DNA of 50,865 nucleotides from Escherichia phage vB_EcoS_swan01: the sequence record NC_048202.1, one strand, 5' to 3'. Positions 30,152 through 38,244 of the stretch are shown here, one piece after another. The notes beneath the pieces are model-generated. The model was not told where the DNA came from. It made no database searches and saw nothing but the letters and a program-made list of their open reading frames with translations. The translations under genes were made by a program, and so were the position numbers. Every line of letters starts with the position of its first letter. Position 1 is the first letter of the stretch.

Positions 30152-30360
30152 TCTTCTACTACCTCGCATTCGTCATGGTTAACACTAATATTGTCGCCAG
30201 CCTTGATAAACTCGCTGTTGCGCGGCGCAATAACACAATAAGATCCGTCACTGAAATGTCCGTCAACTTCCAGCACATCACCAACAACCAAGCCACATTG
30301 CTCAAGAGTGATTGATCCGTCGCCGTTGATAGTGTCGATTTTGGTGATTTTGATTTTCAT
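30148..30360 (-). CDS. hypothetical protein
   Basis: 70 aa; first gene downstream of the motif promoter at 30393..30438. Confidence 0.5.
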   Translation of the reverse strand: MKIKITKIDTINGDGSITLEQCGLVVGDVLEVDGHFSDGSYCVIAPRNSEFIKAGDNISVNHDECEVVEE

Positions 30361-30392
30361 TGCGCTTTCCTCTGTTTCGCTTCAATAAGGGC

Positions 30393-30438
30393 ACTTTACC
30401 AAATGCCCTTGCGGAAGTTTTAACAAAAAGTGCTATTA
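30393..30438 (-). promoter_or_regulatory. motif promoter-like element (AATAGCACTTTTTGTTAAAA, 22 nt, TAAAGT)
   Basis: conserved motif immediately after the stop of 30436..30726, with -10-like hexamer at canonical spacing inside an inverted repeat. Confidence 0.55.
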
Positions 30439-30726
30439 ACTCAGATAGTAAAGCTCATCGCGCGCGAAGCCGTCAAAATCTCGCTGTGTCAGCGGTCGAT
30501 CCTCTCGCGCCGCTTCCTCTATCATGTTGATCAAAAAATCGTTCATCACCCCTAGTCCGCCATCCGGCATATAGCAAGCTGCGAAAGCTCGCGCCCATGA
30601 ACGAGTATTTTTGAATCCGGCGCGCTTCATTGTGATTGGCGAGTGTTTAGAGTCGTTCCACTTGTTACACTGCGCGATGTTTTCAAAAGCGTTAACCAGT
30701 AGTTTGCGGTAAGTTTTGTTTGCCAT
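30436..30726 (-). CDS. hypothetical protein
   Basis: 96-aa ORF. Confidence 0.5.
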   Translation of the reverse strand: MANKTYRKLLVNAFENIAQCNKWNDSKHSPITMKRAGFKNTRSWARAFAACYMPDGGLGVMNDFLINMIEEAAREDRPLTQRDFDGFARDELYYLS

Positions 30727-30737
30727 TTCATATCCCC

Positions 30738-30920
30738 TTATTTTTGTTTAAGCCCCATCAGCATCTTGCGCACACCATCCTTTTTCCCGTCAGAGTAGCC
30801 AGCAATTGAACCAGCAGCAAACATCATCAAGTTGCCCCAAAAGGCCATAATGCCCTCATAGTTAATGGTTAAATGGCTGCCTAAAAGGATCAGAAAAAGA
30901 ATAATAACACCAGTTTTCAT
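30738..30920 (-). CDS. small membrane protein
   Basis: start at MKTGVIILFLILL with GAGGTGA RBS; two hydrophobic segments. Confidence 0.5.
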   Translation of the reverse strand: MKTGVIILFLILLGSHLTINYEGIMAFWGNLMMFAAGSIAGYSDGKKDGVRKMLMGLKQK

Positions 30921-30927
30921 TTTCACC

Positions 30928-31176
30928 TCAGTAACAATCATTAACGTGAATCAGCACGGAAAAACGACACTTGCGTAAGCGGTGGCGCTTCTTGACGTAC
31001 ATATAAGCATCGCTGTAATACTTAAATTCAGTGGCAATGATGCCGAAAAAGTCGTCTGTAACATAGTGCCAATTGCCGCCTAAGCTGCGTCGCTGCACAT
31101 GATAAGTAGAACAGTCGCGGCAAAATACGATCCGGTATTCCGGCTTAAACAGTCGTTTCAATGCGTTAAAAACCAT
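30928..31176 (-). CDS. hypothetical protein (Cys-containing)
   Basis: 82-aa ORF. Confidence 0.45.
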   Translation of the reverse strand: MVFNALKRLFKPEYRIVFCRDCSTYHVQRRSLGGNWHYVTDDFFGIIATEFKYYSDAYMYVKKRHRLRKCRFSVLIHVNDCY

Positions 31177-31275
31177 AGTAGCGCCCTCATGCTATAAAGA
31201 AAAAGTAGCATTGATAATACCGCAATCATTGCGGAATGAAAATCAAAAGGTGGCTTAGGATTCGTTGCGTTATTG

Positions 31276-31677
31276 TTATTTCCCAGCATTGCGCGCAATC
31301 CCCTTATACATGCCGTAAAAATCATCGCCAGGCTTTTTGAACTTGATCGCATTTCGCGCAAGTCGGCGCATACGTCGCGCATCGTATCTCGCTCTCTGAA
31401 ATGGTGTTTTCATTGCCTTAACATGACGACCGAGATGATCGCTGATTCTCTTAAGCTCAATCAAAACTCCTTGAGTCGCCACTACGCAATAATTATCAAA
31501 GCCAATACGGCGAGTAATGATATAGCCATTATTGATGCGCGGACGGCAAAAGTCACCACTAACACCACGATAAATACTATCCACCGCAACAACCTGGCCC
31601 TTGCTAACGCCACAATATTTATCTGCCCAGGTTACGCGAAATTTTGTTCCAACGCGAATGTCGTTTAACTCCACCAT
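31276..31677 (-). CDS. hypothetical protein
   Basis: start at MVELNDIRVG with GAGAGGAAAC RBS, about 30 nt downstream of the motif promoter. Confidence 0.55.
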   Translation of the reverse strand: MVELNDIRVGTKFRVTWADKYCGVSKGQVVAVDSIYRGVSGDFCRPRINNGYIITRRIGFDNYCVVATQGVLIELKRISDHLGRHVKAMKTPFQRARYDARRMRRLARNAIKFKKPGDDFYGMYKGIARNAGK

Positions 31678-31707
31678 GATTGTTTCCTCTCGTTGATTGG
31701 TGTTTGC

Positions 31708-31753
31708 ATTATAGCGAGGCATTGCGCCCCGCGTTTAGCAATTCGTGCTATTT
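31708..31753 (-). promoter_or_regulatory. motif promoter-like element (AAATAGCACGAATTGCTAA, 22 nt, TATAAT)
   Basis: motif overlaps the TAG stop of the kinase gene; perfect TATAAT at canonical spacing. Confidence 0.6.
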
Positions 31754-32338
31754 AATCTGTGTGTGCTTCCATTTGACAGCATTGACGATCTCGTTTACAG
31801 CCAGTTCCGGCTTTCCGTCCTGCAAGTGGAAGTCATAGTGATGGATTCGATAGTGATAACCGCTCAGGTCAATGTAGTCTCTCGAATCGCCAGCAAACGT
31901 GAAGCCGTCGCGATGCAATCGGCAAATATGCACCTCATGCCCTGCCTTAACAAGCGGCTTGACTTCTTCGGGGAATCCTCCATCGCTGATCACAACCGCT
32001 AAATCTCGGTACATCTCGTGAATCTCTTCAACCATTCGACGCCCGAAATAGTGATCCCCAAAGACTGGCTTCATTACATCCTCGCTAATCCAGATCATGA
32101 ATTGTCGAGGTGACTTGCCGCCTAAGATAACTTGAGGCTTTTCTTTTTGCTCTCGGTCGTTGTACAGGTCAATAAACTCATCATATCGAGTCGGGCCAAG
32201 CATGGAAAACGCAATATCGAACATCGGCTGTTTGAATGACGCCTTAACCGCTGGGTAACGATGGCCCGTTAGGTAAGCTGCAATAGTGTCCTTCCCGCAA
32301 CCTGGCGGCCCATTAAGGATGATAATGTCTCGTTTCAT
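31748..32338 (-). CDS. P-loop kinase (dNMP kinase-like)
   Basis: N-terminal Walker A GPPGCGKDT; about 196 aa. Confidence 0.55.
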   Translation of the reverse strand: MKRDIIILNGPPGCGKDTIAAYLTGHRYPAVKASFKQPMFDIAFSMLGPTRYDEFIDLYNDREQKEKPQVILGGKSPRQFMIWISEDVMKPVFGDHYFGRRMVEEIHEMYRDLAVVISDGGFPEEVKPLVKAGHEVHICRLHRDGFTFAGDSRDYIDLSGYHYRIHHYDFHLQDGKPELAVNEIVNAVKWKHTQIK

Positions 32339-32340
32339 GA

Positions 32341-32490
32341 TTAATGATCTCCATAGCGAAAAATCGCATTAAATTTTTTCCCGCGCTTCTTGTCTTCGTT
32401 GCGCTTCTTGCGTTGCTTTTTCACAAGCTCCACATGCTCATCGTACCCGCGACGCTTCTTTTTGGTAATGATTTTTTCAAAGTTACGCAT
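32341..32490 (-). CDS. small basic protein (49 aa, below the ORF-track cutoff)
   Basis: ATG with AGGGGGAGA RBS; Lys/Arg-rich; stop 2 nt before the kinase ATG. Confidence 0.5.
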   Translation of the reverse strand: MRNFEKIITKKKRRGYDEHVELVKKQRKKRNEDKKRGKKFNAIFRYGDH

Positions 32491-32549
32491 CGTCTCCCCC
32501 TTTAGGTTTTCTCAACATGGCGCACTGCATGAATGCGCCATAGCAAGAA

Positions 32550-32735
32550 TCACCACTCAAATTTCTGTTTGTCTCTGATGATCTCGTAAATTGCTAACCA
32601 CACCCAAACAAACCAGAAAGCGAGAACGATTTTATCGTCCTTGTCTGTCGCGCCAGAATATTTCACAAACGCGCGGAACGTGAATAAGCCTGAAATGTAA
32701 AGAAAAACAACCAAAAAAGCAAGTAACAAAATCAT
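32550..32735 (-). CDS. small membrane protein
   Basis: 61 aa with two hydrophobic helices. Confidence 0.5.
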   Translation of the reverse strand: MILLLAFLVVFLYISGLFTFRAFVKYSGATDKDDKIVLAFWFVWVWLAIYEIIRDKQKFEW

Positions 32736-32995
32736 TTATTTTCTCCCTCTACTACCAGAGTGTAAAGCAGAACAGGCTCTACCATGTCGCGGCGGCGCGG
32801 CTCTCGTGGCGAATCGGGCCATGCGCATTTCCCGTTTGACACAATATGGCCTACCAGGTCACTAATTTTTGATATTCCATCTCGACGGATAACGTTGTAC
32901 CCAATATCCTTGCCGTCAATAGAATGGATAGCAAAGAAGCTAGGCGCGCCGTCGATAATGTCTACAGCTTTAAAAAACTCGATCTTGTTAGCCAT
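32732..32995 (-). CDS. hypothetical protein
   Basis: 87-aa ORF downstream of the motif promoter at 33027..33073. Confidence 0.5.
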   Translation of the reverse strand: MANKIEFFKAVDIIDGAPSFFAIHSIDGKDIGYNVIRRDGISKISDLVGHIVSNGKCAWPDSPREPRRRDMVEPVLLYTLVVEGENK

Positions 32996-33026
32996 GATTT
33001 AATCCTCGTTTGTTGTTGATGGGCTT

Positions 33027-33073
33027 ACTATACAGCAAGCCCGATGATCTGTTTTTTGCAAAAAGTGCTATTT
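33027..33073 (-). promoter_or_regulatory. motif promoter-like element (AAATAGCACTTTTTGCAAAAAA, then TATAGT)
   Basis: motif overlaps the TAG stop of the small ORF 33068..33229; -10-like hexamer inside an inverted repeat; leader CATCAACAACAAACGAGGA. Confidence 0.55.
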
Positions 33074-33229
33074 ACGAACGCATAACGCTGTTACATCCTT
33101 CCCACTATCTGACATGTGGAGAATAACTTGCTTTCGCGCTTCCTGGCATCTTGATTCGCCGTGGAACTCCTGCGACTCAATAGCTGCGGAGTTGTAACTT
33201 GTGACAAAGATTAAAAGCAACCAAGTCAT
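33068..33229 (-). CDS. small hypothetical protein (53 aa, below the ORF-track cutoff)
   Basis: ATG overlaps the stop of the HAD-like gene (ATGA); GGAG RBS; hydrophobic N-terminus; stop TAG lies inside the conserved motif. Confidence 0.45.
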   Translation of the reverse strand: MTWLLLIFVTSYNSAAIESQEFHGESRCQEARKQVILHMSDSGKDVTALCVRK

Positions 33230-33765
33230 TTTAAACACTCCACGCCGTGAGATTTCAGGTGAGCGTGTGGCTTGTCGTATTCCGTGACCTGATAGGTTGT
33301 GATTCCCAGGCTGCGGAAGTGCTTAACAACGTTCGGCGAATCGTCAAAGGCGCAAACAATATTGTCCAGGCCAATAGCGCGCAATGCTTCTTCTTTAATA
33401 ACCGTATCCTTTCGGTTGTCCTCCTGGCGGCGCATGATGATTTCGTCAAACTTCACGCCGTTCTCATTCAACCATTTGCATGTTTCATAGCGCACTTCGT
33501 CGCTGCGTCCGGTCAAGATGACGATGGCAAATCCCGACACCCACAAACCGTTAATAACCGCGATCGTGCTTTTAATCGGTGAATCTCCGGCGGCGGCCCT
33601 GTTAAATTCGCTCCACGATTCCGTAAGGTGTAAGTTTTCAGTTGGCAGCAAATGCAAACGATGCGATCCGTCCGATAGTGTGCCGTCCAGGTCAACGATA
33701 ACAATCGGCTTGCTGGTGATTAATTCGTACTTCTTGCCCCATAGTTCGAAAGTGTATTTTTTCAT
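33226..33765 (-). CDS. HAD-superfamily phosphatase-like protein
   Basis: VIVDLDGTLSDGSHR contains the DxDGT motif of HAD hydrolases (as in PNK 3'-phosphatase or nucleotidase domains). Confidence 0.55.
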   Translation of the reverse strand: MKKYTFELWGKKYELITSKPIVIVDLDGTLSDGSHRLHLLPTENLHLTESWSEFNRAAAGDSPIKSTIAVINGLWVSGFAIVILTGRSDEVRYETCKWLNENGVKFDEIIMRRQEDNRKDTVIKEEALRAIGLDNIVCAFDDSPNVVKHFRSLGITTYQVTEYDKPHAHLKSHGVECLK

Positions 33766-33776
33766 TATAAAACCTA

Positions 33777-33998
33777 TCAATTAAAATGGATTTGCTTGTA
33801 TTCTATTTCATCTGCCAGATCATTTAACTTATCTGCCAGCTTGCGCACTTGGTCAACGGTAAGTATCGACCTAAAATCCGGCCTACGCCCACCCTCAAAC
33901 GTGCCATCAATAAAAACTCGATCGCCAAACTTGTATACATCAATCGCGTCGCCGTGGTTATCAGTAAACCTGTGCTTGACGCGCTTATTTGTTTTCAT
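33777..33998 (-). CDS. hypothetical protein
   Basis: 73-aa ORF. Confidence 0.45.
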   Translation of the reverse strand: MKTNKRVKHRFTDNHGDAIDVYKFGDRVFIDGTFEGGRRPDFRSILTVDQVRKLADKLNDLADEIEYKQIHFN

Positions 33999-34230
33999 CT
34001 TTCACTTCCTCAAATTCCGCGTCTGTAATCTGCTCAAACTCGGCAACTACGTTTTCAAACGCAACGATCTCAGTTCCATTCTCGCCGTTAAGGTAAAACT
34101 TGTATCCGTTGTTGCAGTGAACATGATAAGAGTGACCATCTCTTGTGTCCTTCTTGCCCTGGTACACCTTGCCAGGCGTGAAGAATGGTCTATTGCTCTT
34201 AACGCAAAGAAAATTGTTTTCAATGATCAT
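33985..34230 (-). CDS. small protein, member of a paralogous family
   Basis: aligns by eye with 34227..34448 (LCVxxN...F.PG.xY...FYLNGExGT...AEFE). Confidence 0.5.
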   Translation of the reverse strand: MIIENNFLCVKSNRPFFTPGKVYQGKKDTRDGHSYHVHCNNGYKFYLNGENGTEIVAFENVVAEFEQITDAEFEEVKDENK

Positions 34231-34448
34231 TGTTTCACTTCCTCAAATTCAGCCATTACCATAGCGTGTGCCATAACCTTAGTGCCTTCGCCGCCGTTCA
34301 GGAACATGCGATGCCCCTTACTATTGCTCACGTAAAAAGATCCGGTTGATGTTTTCAGTTTTTGCGCCGTATAGATTTCGCCAGGCTTGAACATACCAGA
34401 GCAAGCATAGTTAACGGAAACGCATTTCATCTTCTTTTTAATGTACAT
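34227..34448 (-). CDS. small protein, member of a paralogous family
   Basis: start at MYIKKKMKCV with AAGGAG RBS; paralog of 33985..34230. Confidence 0.5.
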   Translation of the reverse strand: MYIKKKMKCVSVNYACSGMFKPGEIYTAQKLKTSTGSFYVSNSKGHRMFLNGGEGTKVMAHAMVMAEFEEVKQ

Positions 34449-34477
34449 CGTTTTATCTCCTTCGTTGAAAGTAGGGC

Positions 34478-34524
34478 CATTATACCTGGCCCCACATTTG
34501 AGTTTTAACAATTCGTGCTATTTA
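34478..34524 (-). promoter_or_regulatory. motif promoter-like element (AAATAGCACGAATTGTTAAAA, ~21 nt, TATAAT)
   Basis: motif directly follows the TAA stop of 34522..35415; perfect TATAAT within an inverted repeat; about 30-nt leader to the next ATG. Confidence 0.6.
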
Positions 34525-35415
34525 CACTTTGACCTTCCACTTAACCATCGTTCCGCGCTTAATGCTGATCTCACCTGCAATCGTCCGGTTTTTATAGCCG
34601 CCGTAGTGAAGCAGAAGGATAACAACGTCATCATGAATCTCGATCGTCTTTGGCGTAGCCGTTACTTCATACCAGGTGCCGTCATCAAGCCGGACTCCTT
34701 TTAGAGTGGCTGCAACTGGCATATCTTCAATTGCGCCCTGCGTTACGATTTCTTGATTTGCAAATGCGCTCTTGTCAATGCGCCAGCCTCCAGGCGCTTT
34801 CATTTCGGCAGCCGCTTTGTGGATCTCATCGCCAATGATTTTTTGAATTGACGTCTTACCGCCGCCGAATGGAGTTTCTCCAAACAAGTGTTTTGTAATG
34901 TCTTCCACGTAGTACACTTTATCCTCTTCGTTGTGCGGATTGTATCTATTGTGACCGTTGACAAAGAAATCAACTTTCAACCCTGATTTCGTACCATCGC
35001 TATAAACGCCATTTTCGCGCGATGTGTAGCGAATCGTTGACTTACCAGTCGTGCGGAACGTGATCGGATACTTGATATTGTCCAGACTTAAGCACCACAG
35101 CTTTTTATAGTCGCATGTTTTCATCTCGACCATCGGAATCTCTGCGCGTTCCGGTGAGCGCACTGGCAACACCTGGCCTTTATATGGCTTGTAGTGGAAG
35201 CTGGTATATCCTGGCATTGCATAGCCATAGTCTTTAAGTGCGTTGTACTGCGTATTGTGCGCATCAATAAAGTGTTCAATCTCCATTGTTGATGGGCTTA
35301 GTTTGTCGCTATTCATATCAACCTTATGGCATGTTTTTTCATCGGTAAAAATGTAATGACCAATGCCGCGAGATTCGAAGGTGATCGGGAATTTAATGTC
35401 AGCAAGTTTTAACAT
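34522..35415 (-). CDS. hypothetical protein with internal repeat
   Basis: 297 aa; two similar segments (IKFPITFESRG... and IKYPITFRTTG...). Confidence 0.5.
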   Translation of the reverse strand: MLKLADIKFPITFESRGIGHYIFTDEKTCHKVDMNSDKLSPSTMEIEHFIDAHNTQYNALKDYGYAMPGYTSFHYKPYKGQVLPVRSPERAEIPMVEMKTCDYKKLWCLSLDNIKYPITFRTTGKSTIRYTSRENGVYSDGTKSGLKVDFFVNGHNRYNPHNEEDKVYYVEDITKHLFGETPFGGGKTSIQKIIGDEIHKAAAEMKAPGGWRIDKSAFANQEIVTQGAIEDMPVAATLKGVRLDDGTWYEVTATPKTIEIHDDVVILLLHYGGYKNRTIAGEISIKRGTMVKWKVKV

Positions 35416-35430
35416 GGTGATTTCTCCTAA

Positions 35431-35613
35431 TTACTTAATTCTAACTTCAACGTCAATATCTGCGTTAGGGGCGAATAGCTGCGCCTTGCCATTTACACGA
35501 ATTGTAAGAATGTTCTCTTTGCGGCAGTTATCCAGCACTAGGCGATATTTGCCAGCAAACTTAACCATCATTCCCGGCTTGACTTCTCTCATTTTGATGA
35601 TCTTATCCATCAT
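35431..35613 (-). CDS. hypothetical protein
   Basis: 60 aa, AAAGGGG RBS; preceded by a ~200-nt untranslated GC-rich leader. Confidence 0.45.
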   Translation of the reverse strand: MMDKIIKMREVKPGMMVKFAGKYRLVLDNCRKENILTIRVNGKAQLFAPNADIDVEVRIK

Positions 35614-35815
35614 TAACCCCTTTCACATAAATAACCGTTTAATCTTTGGTGACGGGCTTCACTTCGTCGGTAGCCTCAGTTCAGTGACCTATCTAGCGTT
35701 CTGCCTGGTGGCGAGTGTGATAGTTCTGGCCTCACGGTTGGGAATCCTGACACTTCGATCAAGCCCCTGCGTCGCTCCTCTCCCGCAGCAATCCTTGCCG
35801 CCCGTCTATGTGTGT
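35614..35815 (-). ncRNA. candidate structured 5' leader / noncoding RNA
   Basis: about 200 nt between a motif promoter and the next RBS with no credible ORF; GC-rich with long-range complementarity (GACGGGC...GCCCGUC). Confidence 0.3.
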
Positions 35816-35861
35816 ATTATGCCTGGTTATCGTTTTTGAGTTTTAACAAAAAGTGCTATTT
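35816..35861 (-). promoter_or_regulatory. motif promoter-like element (AAAATAGCACTTTTTGTTAAAA, 22 nt, CATAAT)
   Basis: motif overlaps the TAG stop of the lipoprotein gene; -10-like hexamer at canonical spacing. Confidence 0.6.
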
Positions 35862-36128
35862 TGTCTCGACGGTCATATGTTCTGTCTTCGTGCCTTTGCC
35901 ATTGCTTTTCGACACTTCCCAGCTAGTCGTGCCCTTACAGTTGGTGAAGTAAACAGTGCGATCGTCATAGAATCGGTAAACGGTGCAACCGTCAGCGGTG
36001 AATAGCTCCCTTACGCTGTAGTCATCGCCAGGGTTAGCCATCTGCACATTGCCAACATGCGCGCCATCTTCTTTGCATCCGGTCAGGAATGCCATTGCCG
36101 CCAAAACGCTGATTAATGCCTTTTTCAT
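35856..36128 (-). CDS. lipoprotein
   Basis: start at MKKALISVLAAMAFLTGC (signal peptide plus lipobox); ATGA overlap with the upstream gene. Confidence 0.55.
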   Translation of the reverse strand: MKKALISVLAAMAFLTGCKEDGAHVGNVQMANPGDDYSVRELFTADGCTVYRFYDDRTVYFTNCKGTTSWEVSKSNGKGTKTEHMTVETK

Positions 36129-36589
36129 TGCTCTTCCTCTTTGATGATTTCGCGGATCATATCCTGGTAGCGGCTTACGCCCTCGCAAGCCCCAGCCAGT
36201 TTATCCCCTTCCAGGTCCACGATGTTCGGGATTGCTGCCAGTATGCGATCGGCAAACTTTTTGATCGCCCTTGCCTTGATGGCTGGCAATTCTTCTGGTG
36301 TGATGATTTTCCTTTTCGATTCGCGGACCATGCGGAAAACGTAAAATTTATCATCTTCCGTTTCCTCTACCTTGATACTTACCCGACCTGCGGCCCTTAC
36401 TTCTGGAACGCGGTTGATAATGGTCCGGCTGTAGGATGAACTGCGCGTGATCTTGTAGCAGTCGTCACCGCTTAACATTCCGGCCAGGTCAATTAGTGAC
36501 ATTTTATACTCTTCAATATCGCCACTAGCCAGGCGGCGACCAAGCTCGCGAAGCCAATCGCAATAGTCCTTAGTGGTCTTCTGTTCCAT
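36125..36589 (-). CDS. hypothetical protein (first gene of a leftward operon)
   Basis: start at MEQKTTKDY with GGAGGAAAGGA RBS, about 30 nt downstream of a consensus sigma70 promoter. Confidence 0.55.
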   Translation of the reverse strand: MEQKTTKDYCDWLRELGRRLASGDIEEYKMSLIDLAGMLSGDDCYKITRSSSYSRTIINRVPEVRAAGRVSIKVEETEDDKFYVFRMVRESKRKIITPEELPAIKARAIKKFADRILAAIPNIVDLEGDKLAGACEGVSRYQDMIREIIKEEEQ

Positions 36590-36620
36590 TTCCTTTCCTC
36601 CAGTTGTTGACTGTTGGCGC

Positions 36621-36649
36621 ATTATAAAAGCTATTTGGTGCGTGTCAAT
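36621..36649 (-). promoter_or_regulatory. consensus sigma70 promoter (TTGACA-N17-TATAAT)
   Basis: perfect -35 and -10 hexamers with 17-bp spacer read on the minus strand, upstream of gene 36125..36589. Confidence 0.65.
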
Positions 36650-36789
36650 GTTTTTGTTGTATTCAAAACGTTACCAATATCGAAAAACTACAAAATCATG
36701 CGCAAGTTATTGATTTCAGGGCTGTTATTTTTCTGTTCACGCTGTTAACGCAATCCGCCGGAAAAAGTATATATACATATGCAATCCGC

Positions 36790-36960
36790 CGCGCGCGCAA
36801 CTATCCATATATACCCACACACAACCACACCATAACCAACAAAAAGCACTGTAACAGTGAGAACAAAAAGAAAACATTATAGATATATATAAATAAATAA
36901 TCTTTATTTTCAATGTATTATAGAGGGATTTTTTTGTTTTTTTCGTTTTCGCTACACCGG
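36790..36960. repeat. AT/CA-rich intergenic element, related to the one at ~6640-6800
   Basis: shared strings ccacacacaaccacacc...aacaaaaag and ataaataaataa; direct repeat gcaatccgccg x2; inside a 660-bp non-coding region. Confidence 0.5.
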
Positions 36961-37083
36961 AAAACCGCGCGGAAACACGCCGCCTGAAATCGGTAACAGG
37001 GGTGAACAAAAGACAACAACCGCTGACAGCCAGGCGGAAAAGTGAGGCAAGAGGGGAAGGTTTCACTATCTCCCCTGCAACCA

Positions 37084-37180
37084 ATGATTAAACGTGATTA
37101 CTTTTCTCATCAAATTTGCAAAGGCAATCATCATTTTGACGTGATTTGATTACGAATGATTACTTTTGATTATTTCGATC
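37084..37180. repeat. iteron-like direct and inverted repeats of ATGATT/TGATTAC
   Basis: at least 5 copies of (A)TGATTAC(TTTT) within ~100 bp just upstream of the first rightward motif promoter. Confidence 0.5.
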
Positions 37181-37201
37181 ACAATCCTGGTGCTAACCGT
37201 C

Positions 37202-37247
37202 AAATAGCACTTTTTGTTAAAAATCAGGCCGCCTGATCGGGTACATT
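37202..37247 (+). promoter_or_regulatory. motif promoter-like element (AAATAGCACTTTTTGTTAAAA, 22 nt, TACATT)
   Basis: first promoter of the rightward small-gene block; leader CATCGAAACGAACC precedes the RBS. Confidence 0.6.
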
Positions 37248-37282
37248 ACACACATCGAAACGAACCGCTCAGGAGATAGTAA

Positions 37283-37555
37283 ATGAACATCAGCAAAACC
37301 ACTTTCAATTTCGCTAAGCGTCACGGTCTGGAACTGACTGTTGAAGATTTTGGCGATGTTCTGCAACTCTGCATTTGGGAAGCAGATAACGATTGCGAGT
37401 GGCTTTGCTCTTATCGTATCAACTACGATTGCTTGACCTGGCACGGCAATATCTATCTGCCGCAAGAAGTGAAAGAAGAATTGCCAGCGACTATCAACAA
37501 CGAAGTTTTCTTGCGCCAGGTGCTGAAATTTATCAGTAAGGAGATCAAAAAATAA
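37283..37555 (+). CDS. hypothetical protein
   Basis: 90 aa, AGGAGA RBS. Confidence 0.55.
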   Translation: MNISKTTFNFAKRHGLELTVEDFGDVLQLCIWEADNDCEWLCSYRINYDCLTWHGNIYLPQEVKEELPATINNEVFLRQVLKFISKEIKK

Positions 37556-37821
37556 TGGCGGTGATTACCGAAAATGATTTGGATCTGGCGGAGGCGTTTT
37601 GCAGGGCCGCCAGGGCTAACCTGGATGTGACCACTAAATTTCTTCCGGCGCGACCACTCTTTTCGTGTGCGCCCGTGAATAAACCGACTCGCGTAATGAT
37701 CGTGATTGAAGGTGATGGCCTGTACGCTGAAAAGACGTTCCACATCAGCAACATTAAGGGCCGTGCTGATTTTATCAATGATGTTTGCTTATTGCAGGAG
37801 AAGAAAAAATGTTGGATGTGA
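37555..37821 (+). CDS. hypothetical protein
   Basis: TAATG overlap with upstream gene. Confidence 0.5.
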   Translation: MAVITENDLDLAEAFCRAARANLDVTTKFLPARPLFSCAPVNKPTRVMIVIEGDGLYAEKTFHISNIKGRADFINDVCLLQEKKKCWM

Positions 37822-38018
37822 TCAAGAAAGCACATGAGATGGGTATGGATGTTTTAATCACTGACGCGCGACGCTATAACCGCTCAATGCCTGAAAATAT
37901 GGTTGTAGTCATCGTGCATAATCTTAAGTTTGAATGCCGCGCAATTTTTGAGAAGCAGGATAAAGAGTCTCAACGCTGTTTTATCAACGAAGTTTGCGAT
38001 CTGTATGGGAGGATCTGA
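37809..38018 (+). CDS. hypothetical protein
   Basis: start at MLDVIKK with AGGAGA RBS. Confidence 0.45.
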   Translation: MLDVIKKAHEMGMDVLITDARRYNRSMPENMVVVIVHNLKFECRAIFEKQDKESQRCFINEVCDLYGRI

Positions 38019-38019
38019 A

Positions 38020-38232
38020 ATGTTCAAGAAATTGTTATGGCTGTACCGCTCCAGGCGCAACAAGGGATATTGCAGGGGCACGGAAAGGAATCTTGACCGC
38101 GCTTATAAATACTGCCTGTTGTTGCTCGCCAGTCTGCCGGAAAACAGGAAGGAATATATTGCGCTGCGAGAAATAACAATGCGGATATATAGTTACCGCA
38201 ATAAACTATACGTCTTTAAATCTTTACGATAA
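38020..38232 (+). CDS. hypothetical protein
   Basis: start at MFKKLLW with GGGAGGA RBS. Confidence 0.45.
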   Translation: MFKKLLWLYRSRRNKGYCRGTERNLDRAYKYCLLLLASLPENRKEYIALREITMRIYSYRNKLYVFKSLR

Positions 38233-38244
38233 GGAGTAATAACC

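Noticed and set aside
35700-35790. Possible tRNA, suggested by a CGCCACCA string in the RNA-sense sequence
   Set aside because: No matching 5' acceptor strand, no T-loop (GTTCRANYC) and no D-loop consensus at the right spacing on either strand
35363-35839. 158-aa plus-strand ORF opposite the long leader region
   Set aside because: It is antisense to the flanking operon, has no RBS and overlaps the upstream gene; it was kept only as a candidate non-coding leader
36737-37084. 115-aa minus-strand ORF in the large intergenic region
   Set aside because: Low-complexity translation of AT/CA-rich repeat DNA with no RBS; the region is better explained as regulatory or origin-like non-coding sequence
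37202-37247. Reading the conserved motif as a single-subunit phage RNA polymerase promoter
   Set aside because: No T7/SP6/N4-like RNA polymerase gene is recognisable, and the elements are followed by sigma70-type -10 hexamers at fixed spacing, which favours host polymerase with an upstream recognition element
37202-37247. Reading TTGTTA within the motif as a standard sigma70 -35 hexamer
   Set aside because: The spacer to the -10-like hexamer is consistently 21-23 nt, outside the 16-18 nt window for -35/-10 cooperation
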